Source: Patescibacteria group bacterium | Lineage (GTDB): Bacteria > Patescibacteriota > Patescibacteriia > UBA10025 > JAHIVO01 | Direction: 5' to 3' | DNA: 64,000 bases | Assembly (NCBI GenBank): GCA_041660605.1 | Contig: JBAZWB010000001.1 | Span: 814,503 to 878,502, forward strand | Shown: positions 55,773 through 64,000 of the stretch, in pieces | Layout: every line of letters starts with the position of its first letter | Position numbering within the stretch: position 1 is the stretch's first letter | Position numbers and translations under genes: made by a program | The notes under the pieces: generated by a model | The model's input: the letters and a program-made list of their open reading frames with translations, nothing else | What the model was told of the DNA's origin: nothing | Database searches by the model: none

Positions 55773-56834
55773 TTAATAATTCGGGGCTTTTTTGCTGATC
55801 ATGACGGTATGCGGATGCGATTCCTTCAGGCTGGCGCTGGTAATCCTGATAAACCTGGCCTGCCTGGGCAATTCGCCTATCTTATGAGCACCCACATATC
55901 CCATGCCACTTTTCAGTCCGCCGACCGCCTGCCAGATGATTTCTTTGACCGGGCCTTTGTATGGTATCAGGCCTTCAACTCCCTCTGGGACGTATTTAGT
56001 TGCGCCTTTCTGGAAATACCTGTCAGATGACTTACCGCCGGACATGGCGCCAAGGCTGCCCATGCCGCGGTACTCCTTGTATAATTTACCGTTCAAACGG
56101 ACTAGTTTGCCCGGCGCTTCTTTGGCGCCGGCCAGCATTGAACCCAGCATGACAGTTGCAGCTCCGGCCGCCAGGGCTTTCACGATATCGCCGGAATATT
56201 TGATGCCGCCGTCGGCAATAACTGGAATATTTTTTTTCTGGGCGACTGAGACAACTTCGGAAATCGCGGTTAACTGAGGTACGCCAATGCCGGCCACTAC
56301 CCGCGTGGTGCAGATAGAACCAGGTCCGATCCCGACTTTCAGGGCATCGGCAATTGTTAAATAAACTTTGGCTGCCTCTTTAGTAGCAATGTTGCCGATT
56401 ACCAGTTGTGCTTTGATTGATTTCCTGATTAATCTGGCATCTCGGATAATTTTCGTATGGTGAGCGTGGGCGCAGTCTATAAAGATGGCAACGGCGCCGG
56501 CCTTATATAATGCCGCGGCTCTTTCTATATCATGAGGCCCCACAGCGGCGCCAACTTTGACTCCTGATTTTTTAGCTTTTTTGACCATCCCAACCTGCTC
56601 ACTGATACTGCAATTCCTGTGCAGGACCGCCAGGCCGCCTAATTTTCCCAAGGCAATAGCCATTGAGGCATTGCTGACTGTATCCATGGCAGCGGAGAGT
56701 ATGGGTATTTCCAGTTGGATTTTATTTGTTAATTTAGCGGCCAGGTCAATTTCCCTGCGGTTGACCGAAGACAAACGCGGTTCAAGCAAAACATCATCAA
56801 ATGTTAAGCCGGTTCCAATTTCGCTAAATTTCAT
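55773..56834 (-). CDS. guaB: IMP dehydrogenase (CBS-less short form)
   Basis: LTFDDVLL, SAAMDTV, KVGIGPGSICTTR, YRGMGS, VPEGVEG. Confidence 0.95.
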   Translation of the reverse strand: MKFSEIGTGLTFDDVLLEPRLSSVNRREIDLAAKLTNKIQLEIPILSAAMDTVSNASMAIALGKLGGLAVLHRNCSISEQVGMVKKAKKSGVKVGAAVGPHDIERAAALYKAGAVAIFIDCAHAHHTKIIRDARLIRKSIKAQLVIGNIATKEAAKVYLTIADALKVGIGPGSICTTRVVAGIGVPQLTAISEVVSVAQKKNIPVIADGGIKYSGDIVKALAAGAATVMLGSMLAGAKEAPGKLVRLNGKLYKEYRGMGSLGAMSGGKSSDRYFQKGATKYVPEGVEGLIPYKGPVKEIIWQAVGGLKSGMGYVGAHKIGELPRQARFIRITSASLKESHPHTVMISKKAPNY

Positions 56835-56907
56835 ATTTAATAGTTCAAATTATATTTTGCTTTACATTATAACACAAAACTTATACTGTGCTAAGAATAT
56901 GCCACAT

Positions 56908-57882
56908 CTAGTATTTTATGTCAACAATATTTTCCATAGTCCAGCGTTCCGCTGGCTTGGACAAATCCAGCTTGGCGTACTTTGGCTGCAGGATAAAATC
57001 CTGGTAGCCGCTCTCTTCACTTTTTCCCCCATTGGAAAAAATGCTCAGCAGCCGCTGGTCAAACAACAGTTTATATCCGCTGGCTACGTATTCGTGGGAG
57101 CGTACTAATATTTTTCCGCCGATGGCTTGCATGAAATTATCGAAAATCGTCCGGCCAAAAAGATAATTCCCTCCCCGCTTATAATTGTACATTATATGAT
57201 TGATTTCCTCAGTCGGATCATTCCAGCGTATTTCCATCATATCTTCGTCATCCTTTATGTCTTTCAGGGATTTTATCGGGCTGACTGGTATGCCTCCGTG
57301 TACGGCTACTGCACCGTTTCTGGTAATCAGTAGGCTGGGCAGGTGCTCAAAAAAATTATTTACGCGCTGAAAGATATATTGGCCGCGGTCATACCCGTAT
57401 TGCTTGATGCAGGAGCCCAGGAAGCCATAATGCTGGCCCATGTCTATTTCTTCATGATTGCCGCGCAGCAGGTAAACGTAATTGGGGTGCTTAAGTTTCA
57501 AATTCAATACCAGATCTAATGTTTTGATATCGGCTTTTCCGCGGTTGGTATAATCGCCAAGGAAGACCAGATAAACCGCCTCTCCTTTTTCGCTCAACTG
57601 AAAAAAACGTTCCTGCTCTAGAATCTTTTGTACGGAAACCGAATCTCCGTGTATATCTCCGATGAATATGGCAGTGCCCTGATCGGGCAGATACACATAT
57701 TGATAATGGCAGAAAGCTTCCCGGGAATTTATCAAGGTGATCTTCTCGCGCATCTTGCCTTTCGATAGCTTGCGCTCCTGCCGGATAATCTGCTCAACGC
57801 CAATTACCAATTGGGAAAAATCCCGCCAGGTTTTGTCGGACTTGTTAACGGTTAATTTTTCTTGTTCTACCTCCATAATCAA
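56908..57882 (-). CDS. PPP-family Ser/Thr protein phosphatase-like metallophosphoesterase
   Basis: GDIHG, GDYTNRG, RGNHE, HGG, WNDP, RSHE, SIFS. Confidence 0.85.
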   Translation of the reverse strand: MIMEVEQEKLTVNKSDKTWRDFSQLVIGVEQIIRQERKLSKGKMREKITLINSREAFCHYQYVYLPDQGTAIFIGDIHGDSVSVQKILEQERFFQLSEKGEAVYLVFLGDYTNRGKADIKTLDLVLNLKLKHPNYVYLLRGNHEEIDMGQHYGFLGSCIKQYGYDRGQYIFQRVNNFFEHLPSLLITRNGAVAVHGGIPVSPIKSLKDIKDDEDMMEIRWNDPTEEINHIMYNYKRGGNYLFGRTIFDNFMQAIGGKILVRSHEYVASGYKLLFDQRLLSIFSNGGKSEESGYQDFILQPKYAKLDLSKPAERWTMENIVDIKY

Positions 57883-58763
57883 TCAAATATTACTTCCTGT
57901 TTTTTTGGTAAAATTCCTACCTGGTAGGATGTTTGCGAAGCCGGCAACTCTCCGTCTAATTGGGCCTGAAGTGGTTTGACGGATTGAATGTTCAGCTGAT
58001 GGCAACGGCTCATATGCACTTCCGGCAAATTCGTATGGTGGCCGCGGATGAATTTTGGCAGTTTTCGTAAAATATAGGCGCGACTGGCTTTATCCACCAA
58101 ACAGACATCAAACAATCCGTCATCCATTTTTGCATCAGGAGCTACTTTGAATCCCCCGCCATACGTCGTACCGTTGCACACGGAAATGAATAATATTTTT
58201 TGTTCGACAGTATTACGATCGTCAAATTTCATTTTGACTTCCTGACAGCGGTAAAAAACCAGAGTCCGCAGTACCGCCAATAAATAAGCCATGAAGCCGT
58301 TAGTATAACGCATGGTCTTGCGTGCCGCCAGCGCCGTTTCGCCGTCAAAGCCGACACCAAAACCGTTGATAAAATAATCCGTTTCGTTAACTACGCCGAC
58401 ATCAATCCATTTGGTTTTTGCTTCTCGTAAAATCCGCAGATCCCTTTTCAAATTTCTTTTATAGCCAAGCTGATAGGAAAAATCATTTCCCGAGCCGATC
58501 GGCAAAATTCCTAAAATTGCCGGTGAAATTGCCAGACCGTTAATAATTTCATTAACCGTACCGTCGCCTCCGACGGCAACCAAAATCTCATACTTATTTG
58601 ATGAGTCTTTGGCAATCTGCGTGGCCTGTTTTGGGCGCTGCGTGATGACCGTATCGAAATCAACGTCTTCACTGGCGAAAAAACTACTAATCTCCGATAA
58701 AATAGACAAATGCTTCCCTTTGCCAGCCACGGGGTTAATTATGAAAAGATACTTTTTTTTCAT
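57879..58763 (-). CDS. Diacylglycerol kinase family lipid kinase (YegS/DgkB-like)
   Basis: NP.AG, GGDGT.NE, P.GSGNDF, YGGG, DGE. Confidence 0.93.
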   Translation of the reverse strand: MKKKYLFIINPVAGKGKHLSILSEISSFFASEDVDFDTVITQRPKQATQIAKDSSNKYEILVAVGGDGTVNEIINGLAISPAILGILPIGSGNDFSYQLGYKRNLKRDLRILREAKTKWIDVGVVNETDYFINGFGVGFDGETALAARKTMRYTNGFMAYLLAVLRTLVFYRCQEVKMKFDDRNTVEQKILFISVCNGTTYGGGFKVAPDAKMDDGLFDVCLVDKASRAYILRKLPKFIRGHHTNLPEVHMSRCHQLNIQSVKPLQAQLDGELPASQTSYQVGILPKKQEVIFD

Positions 58764-58857
58764 ATTGCTTTAGACTAATTATACTTTAATTTGGATAATA
58801 AAAAAAGGCTGCCTGCGGCAAAAAGCCTGCGCCTGGAATCAGGCATATTTCATGCTA

Positions 58858-59508
58858 TTATGATCTCTCCGGTATATTCACGCAACTCTGCAAATCAAAT
58901 TCTCCGACCCTGACGCGTTCAAGCTCATACAAATATCCTCCGACACCCAGCCGCTCACCCAAATCCCTGGCCAATGAACGTATATATACTCCCGGACCGG
59001 TGACTGCTTTTATTTTCAAAAAAGGCCACTGGTATTCGATAATGCTGATCTCCTTAATATAGACTTCCCTGGCTTTTAGCTGAATATTTTCACCCTGCCT
59101 GACGCGCCGGTGAGCCGGGCGGCCTTTGATTTTTACGGAGCAATAAACAGGCGGTATCTGCTTAATATGTCCGGTAAAATCCTCTAAAATATTTTTTATC
59201 TGGCCGATACCGGGTAAATTATTTTCTTCTGTATTTTTAATCTGCCCCTGCCGGTCATCCGTATCGCTGACTCCGCCGAATTTTATCAGAGCGATGTATT
59301 CTTTTTCCTTTTTTACCTCTAGCATTAATTTTTTCGTCGCTTCCCTGCCAACGCCCACGACTAAAACTCCGCTGGCCAGCGGATCAAGCGTACCGGCATG
59401 ACCGATTCTTTTTTCCCCGGTAATTTTCCTCAGCTTATCGATCATGTCATGAGATGTCGGGCCGGTAGGTTTGAAAATACTAAAAATACCATGTTTTATC
59501 TCACGCAT
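58858..59508 (-). CDS. truB: tRNA pseudouridine(55) synthase
   Basis: KP.GPTS, GHAGTLDPLASGVL, Q.PP.Y, G.YIRSLARDLG. Confidence 0.96.
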   Translation of the reverse strand: MREIKHGIFSIFKPTGPTSHDMIDKLRKITGEKRIGHAGTLDPLASGVLVVGVGREATKKLMLEVKKEKEYIALIKFGGVSDTDDRQGQIKNTEENNLPGIGQIKNILEDFTGHIKQIPPVYCSVKIKGRPAHRRVRQGENIQLKAREVYIKEISIIEYQWPFLKIKAVTGPGVYIRSLARDLGERLGVGGYLYELERVRVGEFDLQSCVNIPERS

Positions 59509-59522
59509 AGCGGTATAAAAAA

Positions 59523-59906
59523 TTAAACCTTGATTTTCAGCCTGATCTTCACTTCCTTTACTAAATCTTCCAGCGCCCACTTTGCCTTGGCCATGTAAAC
59601 GCAGTCGTCGTATTTCAAAAGCTGGGCAATTTCTTTTTTATCCACGTTTGTCCAGAGTATCAATGGCACATTCAAGCCCCATTCGCTTGATCTTATTTTA
59701 GACAGTACAGTCAAACCATCCATTTTCGGCATGACGATGTCCAGCAAAATTAGATCGGGTCGTTCTTTCATGGCTATCTCCAGGCCTAGCTGGCCGTTTT
59801 TCGCCTTGAAGACACGGAAATTTTCCCTGCTAAACGCCTTATCCAGAAGCCAGCGCAATGAAGTATCATCATCAATTATTAAGATAGTTTTTTCATTTTT
59901 TTGCAT
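59523..59906 (-). CDS. Stand-alone response regulator receiver
   Basis: IDDD, PDLILLDIVMP.MDG, TN, K. Confidence 0.9.
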   Translation of the reverse strand: MQKNEKTILIIDDDTSLRWLLDKAFSRENFRVFKAKNGQLGLEIAMKERPDLILLDIVMPKMDGLTVLSKIRSSEWGLNVPLILWTNVDKKEIAQLLKYDDCVYMAKAKWALEDLVKEVKIRLKIKV

Positions 59907-59911
59907 GCTGG

Positions 59912-60262
59912 CTATTTTAATTTATTTACTAGCTTCATTACTTCTATATAATTCTTACGAATCATTTCCGGTTGGCGGTAGCTTTTTGAAAATTCCGCCA
60001 GCCAATCCATGGCTTTGATGATGGTCTCCCTGGTCGGTGCATCAAAATCACCGCCGCTTTCCCTGAAGGCCTTCCTGACGATTCCTTCAATATTCGCTTT
60101 TGTATATTTTTCTACCCCTTTTTTGCCTAGATCCTGCGTTAGCTCTCCCAAAGATTTCCTGGTTGCCTCCCCGTGGGCATGCTCGAAACAGACAACAATG
60201 GCATCCCTTACTTTTTCAGGAGTAATAGTTTCTTCCAAATCTACTCCAAAAATTATTGCCAT
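59912..60262 (-). CDS. Hypothetical helical protein
   Basis: 116-aa ORF between two receiver genes. Confidence 0.75.
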   Translation of the reverse strand: MAIIFGVDLEETITPEKVRDAIVVCFEHAHGEATRKSLGELTQDLGKKGVEKYTKANIEGIVRKAFRESGGDFDAPTRETIIKAMDWLAEFSKSYRQPEMIRKNYIEVMKLVNKLK

Positions 60263-60303
60263 ACAATTTATATTCCTAATTACCCTTGCTAACTTTTTAT
60301 ACG

Positions 60304-60684
60304 TTAGACTAACTGCAGCTTTTCTTTCACTTTTTTAACTACATCATTTAAATGGCACTGAGTTTTACTCAGCATTTCCACTCTACCGGCATCGACTGCC
60401 CTCTGCACCCGCGGATCATCAGCGTAATTTGTCAGTATTATTACCGGAATAGATTTGCCCCATGACTGCCCCTGCAATTGATCCAGCATATCAATCCCAT
60501 GCATTTTCGGCATGACGATGTCCAGTAATATTAAATCCGGCTTTTCCAGCTTGGCCAGACCCAAGCCAACTTCGCCGTTTTCTGCTTCAAGGATATTCAA
60601 GTCAGTACCAGAAAAAGCCTTTTTTAGTGCTTCCCGAATGGACTTTTCGTCTTCAATCAATAAGACTTTTTTGGAATTGCTCAT
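60304..60684 (-). CDS. Stand-alone response regulator receiver
   Basis: IEDE, PDLILLDIVMP, LTN, SK. Confidence 0.9.
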   Translation of the reverse strand: MSNSKKVLLIEDEKSIREALKKAFSGTDLNILEAENGEVGLGLAKLEKPDLILLDIVMPKMHGIDMLDQLQGQSWGKSIPVIILTNYADDPRVQRAVDAGRVEMLSKTQCHLNDVVKKVKEKLQLV

Positions 60685-60794
60685 ATTTTATACCTTAATT
60701 TAGGCATATTTATTATATCTGCCTTTATAAAATATGTCTATTAAAAATCTCACAGGTAATTAAAACGCGCTGCGGTAAATTATTTTCCACAAAG

Positions 60795-60872
60795 CTGCGA
60801 GACCTGGACTCGCCCTGTACCACAAGGGTACAGGGCGCCATGAACCGAACTTTGTTCTGGTTCATGGCGAAC
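60795..60872 (-). repeat. Duplicate of the tRNA-Gln 3' end interrupted by two hairpin insertions
   Basis: CTGCGAGACCTGGACTCG (60795-60812), two hairpins, then AAC; together these match 60900-60920. Confidence 0.85.
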
Positions 60873-60899
60873 TAATAATAACGAAAATTCCCTGCAAAT

Positions 60900-60970
60900 C
60901 TGCGAGACCTGGACTCGAACCAGGATTAGCGGATTCAGAGTCCGCCGTCCTACCATTAGACGATCTCGCA
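60900..60970 (-). tRNA. tRNA-Gln(CTG), CCA not encoded
   Basis: Minus strand TGCGAGA...GCGGA-CTCTGAA-TCCGC...CCTGG-TTCGAGT-CCAGG-TCTCGCA-G. Confidence 0.97.
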
Positions 60971-61086
60971 GATTTGCAGGGAATTATAAATATTCTTTAA
61001 CTTATAAACAACCAATTTTTTAAGCAGCTTCCGGTTATGCTAACAAAAAATTGCCTATCAGGCAAGCTTGTAACCTCATTATTCTG

Positions 61087-62694
61087 CTACGCTTCTTCTT
61101 CCACAATTTCACCGCCAAAGACGTTCAAAGCCTGATTCCAGGCTTCGCTTTCCCCTGCCTCCTGGCTGCTGCCTTTCAGAAATTCATGCTCAAGCTTCTG
61201 AAAAGCGCTCTCTGAGACAACTTCGGTTTTTATTTTCAATGCATGCCTGGTAATATTTTCAATTACTCCGCCTAAAATGTTTTTTGCTTCCGGCTCCGCC
61301 ACCTGCTCGGCGTGAAATTTATACTGGAAAGCGATGCAAATGGCTTGATTATCGACAGATTTAGGCAATCCGACTTTCAGGGATAGGGCCAGCGAATAAT
61401 TCTTGCCGCGCAAGGCTTGCAATATTTCCAGCCAAACCGACTTCAGTATTTCCATGTTCATCGTTGATTTTGCGCTCATTTTACGGGGCACCGGCGGCTT
61501 ATCGTGTTTTGCCTTTGGCAATGCTGAACCGTCAGCGGGCGGCTTCGTTCCCCCGCCATCCTTAGGTTTATTGGCGTCCTGACTGCCTTCAATCTCCGTT
61601 TTCTTCGAGCGATCGAGCTCCACTATGGCTAATTCCAGTGGCAGCTGAATTATCGTGGTATATTTAAATTCCCGAGATTTTTCCACAAATTTCTCAATCA
61701 CGCTGATTAGCCAGTCAACGGTAATGCTATTCATGCTCTTTTTAATTTCATTTATATTGTCAGTGTTCAGATCCAGACGCGTGGCTGTCAGAGTATTGCT
61801 GGTAATCTTCATCAGCAGAACATAACGGAAAAATTCAATCAAATCCCTAGTAAATTCCTGGATATCAACTCCCTCGTCTATCAACTTATTTATTAAAGCC
61901 AGGTTTGCCGGTATGTCATTTTGCACCAAGTTTTGAAAAAATTCCAAAACTAAAGTATTATCAGACCGCGGGATGACCAACGAGGCTTTTTCTTCCGTTA
62001 TTTCTTTTTCGCCGAGAGACATCAGCTGATTGAGCATTACTTCGGCGTCCCTGACAGAACCCTCGGATCTCTGGGCAATATTCCGTAAAATGGACTCCTC
62101 AATGTTGATCTTTTCTTTTTCCGTGACTGTTTTCAGTCTTTTTACCAGATCATCAGGACTGACTCTCTTGAAATCAAAACGCTGGCAGCGGGAAATAATG
62201 GTTTCCGGCACGCGGTGTATTTCAGTAGTCGCCAGAATAAAAATTACATACTCCGGCGGCTCCTCAAGGGTTTTTAGCAATGCGTTAAAAGAGGAAACCG
62301 ACAGCATATGCACCTCATCTATGATAAAAACTTTAAATTTCGCGCGTTGCGGAGTAAAACGGGAATTCTCAATAATATTTTCCCGTACATTATCAACGCC
62401 GGTGTGCGAAGCGGCGTCGATTTCTATCAGGTCCATGGAGTTCCCGGCAGTGAAGTCTTTGCAAAAATCACAGGCATTGCAGGGTTCGGCGCCTTTCCTA
62501 TTGGTGCAATTGACAGCTTTGGCTAACAGACGGGCAGTGGTAGTCTTGCCCACGCCGCGCGGACCGGAAAAAAGATAAGCATGACTGACGCGCCCCTGTT
62601 CTATCTCATTCTCCAATGTGATGCGTATGGCATTCTGGCCGATCAGGTCTTTGAAGGTCTGCGGCCGATATTTTCGATAAATAACTTGAGACAT
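61087..62694 (-). CDS. dnaX: DNA polymerase III subunit gamma/tau
   Basis: YRKYRP, GPRGVGKTT, EIDAAS, DEVHML, SRCQRF. Confidence 0.98.
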   Translation of the reverse strand: MSQVIYRKYRPQTFKDLIGQNAIRITLENEIEQGRVSHAYLFSGPRGVGKTTTARLLAKAVNCTNRKGAEPCNACDFCKDFTAGNSMDLIEIDAASHTGVDNVRENIIENSRFTPQRAKFKVFIIDEVHMLSVSSFNALLKTLEEPPEYVIFILATTEIHRVPETIISRCQRFDFKRVSPDDLVKRLKTVTEKEKINIEESILRNIAQRSEGSVRDAEVMLNQLMSLGEKEITEEKASLVIPRSDNTLVLEFFQNLVQNDIPANLALINKLIDEGVDIQEFTRDLIEFFRYVLLMKITSNTLTATRLDLNTDNINEIKKSMNSITVDWLISVIEKFVEKSREFKYTTIIQLPLELAIVELDRSKKTEIEGSQDANKPKDGGGTKPPADGSALPKAKHDKPPVPRKMSAKSTMNMEILKSVWLEILQALRGKNYSLALSLKVGLPKSVDNQAICIAFQYKFHAEQVAEPEAKNILGGVIENITRHALKIKTEVVSESAFQKLEHEFLKGSSQEAGESEAWNQALNVFGGEIVEEEA

Positions 62695-62762
62695 AAAAAA
62701 ATCCACCAATTATAGGTGACTATATTTTATAATAACCGTTCAGATTAAGCAAATCTCAATTG

Positions 62763-63404
62763 CTAGCTCAGGTCCTCAATCTCTTCCACGTTTTCCGGAG
62801 TGCCCTTATCCTGCTTCAGTTCCTCTTTAATATCTGTATTTTCCCCCTCTTTTGAGCTTTCGCCGGCCTTAATAATATTTTCTACTGCAGCCCATTCTGT
62901 TTCTTTTTCCTTGGGCACCAATATCACGACCTCGTCTCCCGATTCGCCTTTAAAATAAGTGATGCTGGCCAGTAAAACTTTATAGGCCTTATCCCCCACT
63001 AATACTCTGTACTCGTCCGTGATGTCATCTTTGGCCAATAAGCCGACCAAACGGTTGCGGTCAATCGGTCCGATTTGCTTATACATGAAAGATCCGTCTT
63101 CCTTGATAGTCAGCTTCAGGGTATCGCCGGCAACTAATTTTGATTTTGAAGCGTAATTGGCGGGTATGCTATATTGCTTGCCGTCCGGGCCGATCATGTT
63201 CTGGCCGTCAAAAACGCCTTCAACAATTTTATCGGCTCCCTCGTTCTTCGCCTCGGCCAACTCTTTGGCCATATGTGCGATTTCCGGATCCTCAGATTCT
63301 TTGCCACCGGTTATCTGATTTAAAAGCTGCCGTGCGCTCTCCAGAGCGACATGGGCGGTTTCAATCAATTTTTTTATTTGTCCAATTTGGTTTTGTTTTG
63401 CCAT
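62763..63404 (-). CDS. Hypothetical protein
   Basis: 213-aa ORF containing EGVFDGQNM..PANYASKSKLV.GD.LKL; I recall this motif from CPR genomes but did not verify it. Confidence 0.8.
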   Translation of the reverse strand: MAKQNQIGQIKKLIETAHVALESARQLLNQITGGKESEDPEIAHMAKELAEAKNEGADKIVEGVFDGQNMIGPDGKQYSIPANYASKSKLVAGDTLKLTIKEDGSFMYKQIGPIDRNRLVGLLAKDDITDEYRVLVGDKAYKVLLASITYFKGESGDEVVILVPKEKETEWAAVENIIKAGESSKEGENTDIKEELKQDKGTPENVEEIEDLS

Positions 63405-63539
63405 ATTTTATTTTCCTTTTATTTTAATCTTTATGTTTTCTGCTATTTACTATTTGTATTTATTTGCCTTTTTGGGTATTTGTCTTTATTTTTGTCTCTT
63501 TTTTTAGTCTACACAAAGCAAAATGAATAGTCAATATGG

Positions 63540-64000
63540 TCACTTTTTAATATACTTGTAAATTGGTATATGCTTGGTGCTCGGCCTGTCCGTCTCGACA
63601 GGCTGCCAATTTGGCATGGAGAAGCTGTATGAAATTATCCGGGTGCCTGGCCGGAGTTCACGCTCAAATTTCGGACCTAGCTTCTTCATGGCTTTTGGCG
63701 TTAAAAAACAAAAAATGACCGTGGCCTGGCTTAGATCGCGGGATAAAAAATCGGCTCCCCTTATTTCCACTCTCTGGTTTAATCCCAGAAACCGTATCCT
63801 GATTTTTGACCAGATATAAGGAATAAAAGAAATTTCATAACCAACCACGATTTTCGCCGAGGAATTATTGGCAATAGCGACTATAACCCGGCCATCTCCG
63901 GAACCTAAATCGTAAACCACATCGCCTGGCTGGATTCCGGCCAAATTTAAAATACGTTGAATGTCCTTTTTAAAAACAGGCAGCCAGGGTGCGGCCACCC
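63540..64000 (-). CDS. Class I SAM-dependent methyltransferase (5' end outside the window)
   Basis: APW.P, YDLGSGDGR, GYE, LRPGTRIIS. Confidence 0.88.
   Translation of the reverse strand, partial: VAAPWLPVFKKDIQRILNLAGIQPGDVVYDLGSGDGRVIVAIANNSSAKIVVGYEISFIPYIWSKIRIRFLGLNQRVEIRGADFLSRDLSQATVIFCFLTPKAMKKLGPKFERELRPGTRIISYSFSMPNWQPVETDRPSTKHIPIYKYIKK

Noticed and set aside
56835-56907. Purine riboswitch upstream of guaB
   Set aside because: The gap is about 70 nt, AT-rich, and shows no aptamer core.
61087-62694. Programmed -1 frameshift in dnaX
   Set aside because: No A-AAA-AAG slippery site with a downstream hairpin was noticed at the expected position.
542-63819. Many antisense or alternate-frame ORFs in the track (e.g. 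1983-2366, 50694-51224, 53482-54045, 62030-62578)
   Set aside because: They are shadows of well-supported genes and have no motifs of their own.
1-64000. CRISPR array, integron attC array, rRNA, transposase or integrase
   Set aside because: No regularly spaced repeat-spacer units, attC-like ends, rRNA motifs or recombinase motifs were seen.

Overview
A 64-kb chromosomal window from a bacterium using genetic code 11. It is very likely Patescibacteria/CPR (Parcubacteria-like); this is inferred from an archaeal-type UMP kinase, CPR-style CAP proteins, AT-rich leaders without Shine-Dalgarno sites and Asn-rich linkers. Layout: (1) 1-6.6 kb housekeeping genes (rplL, rplJ with an L10-leader attenuator, pyrH, mltG, mannose-1-P guanylyltransferase, pcm). 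(2) 6.7-30.1 kb is a co-oriented surface-protein island with two CAP proteins, a two-gene Asn/Gly/Thr repeat operon, three large LPxTG adhesins and an Ig-domain protein, plus a DUF559 nuclease next to a duplicated ~180-nt palindromic element. (3) 30-47 kb is a mostly minus-strand run of small metabolic, repair and transport genes. (4) tRNA-Pro is followed by a block with strong SD sites carrying purB and a divergent purA, then guaA-add-guaB. (5) The end holds a phosphatase, lipid kinase, truB, two receiver domains, tRNA-Gln and dnaX. The most notable unexplained signals are miniature hairpin insertions (in frame in mutM and inside duplicated tRNA 3' ends), inverted repeats extending the acceptor stems of both tRNAs, and a DUF559 cassette present at one duplicated junction but absent at the other. 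All family calls come from motif recognition by eye; no searches were run.
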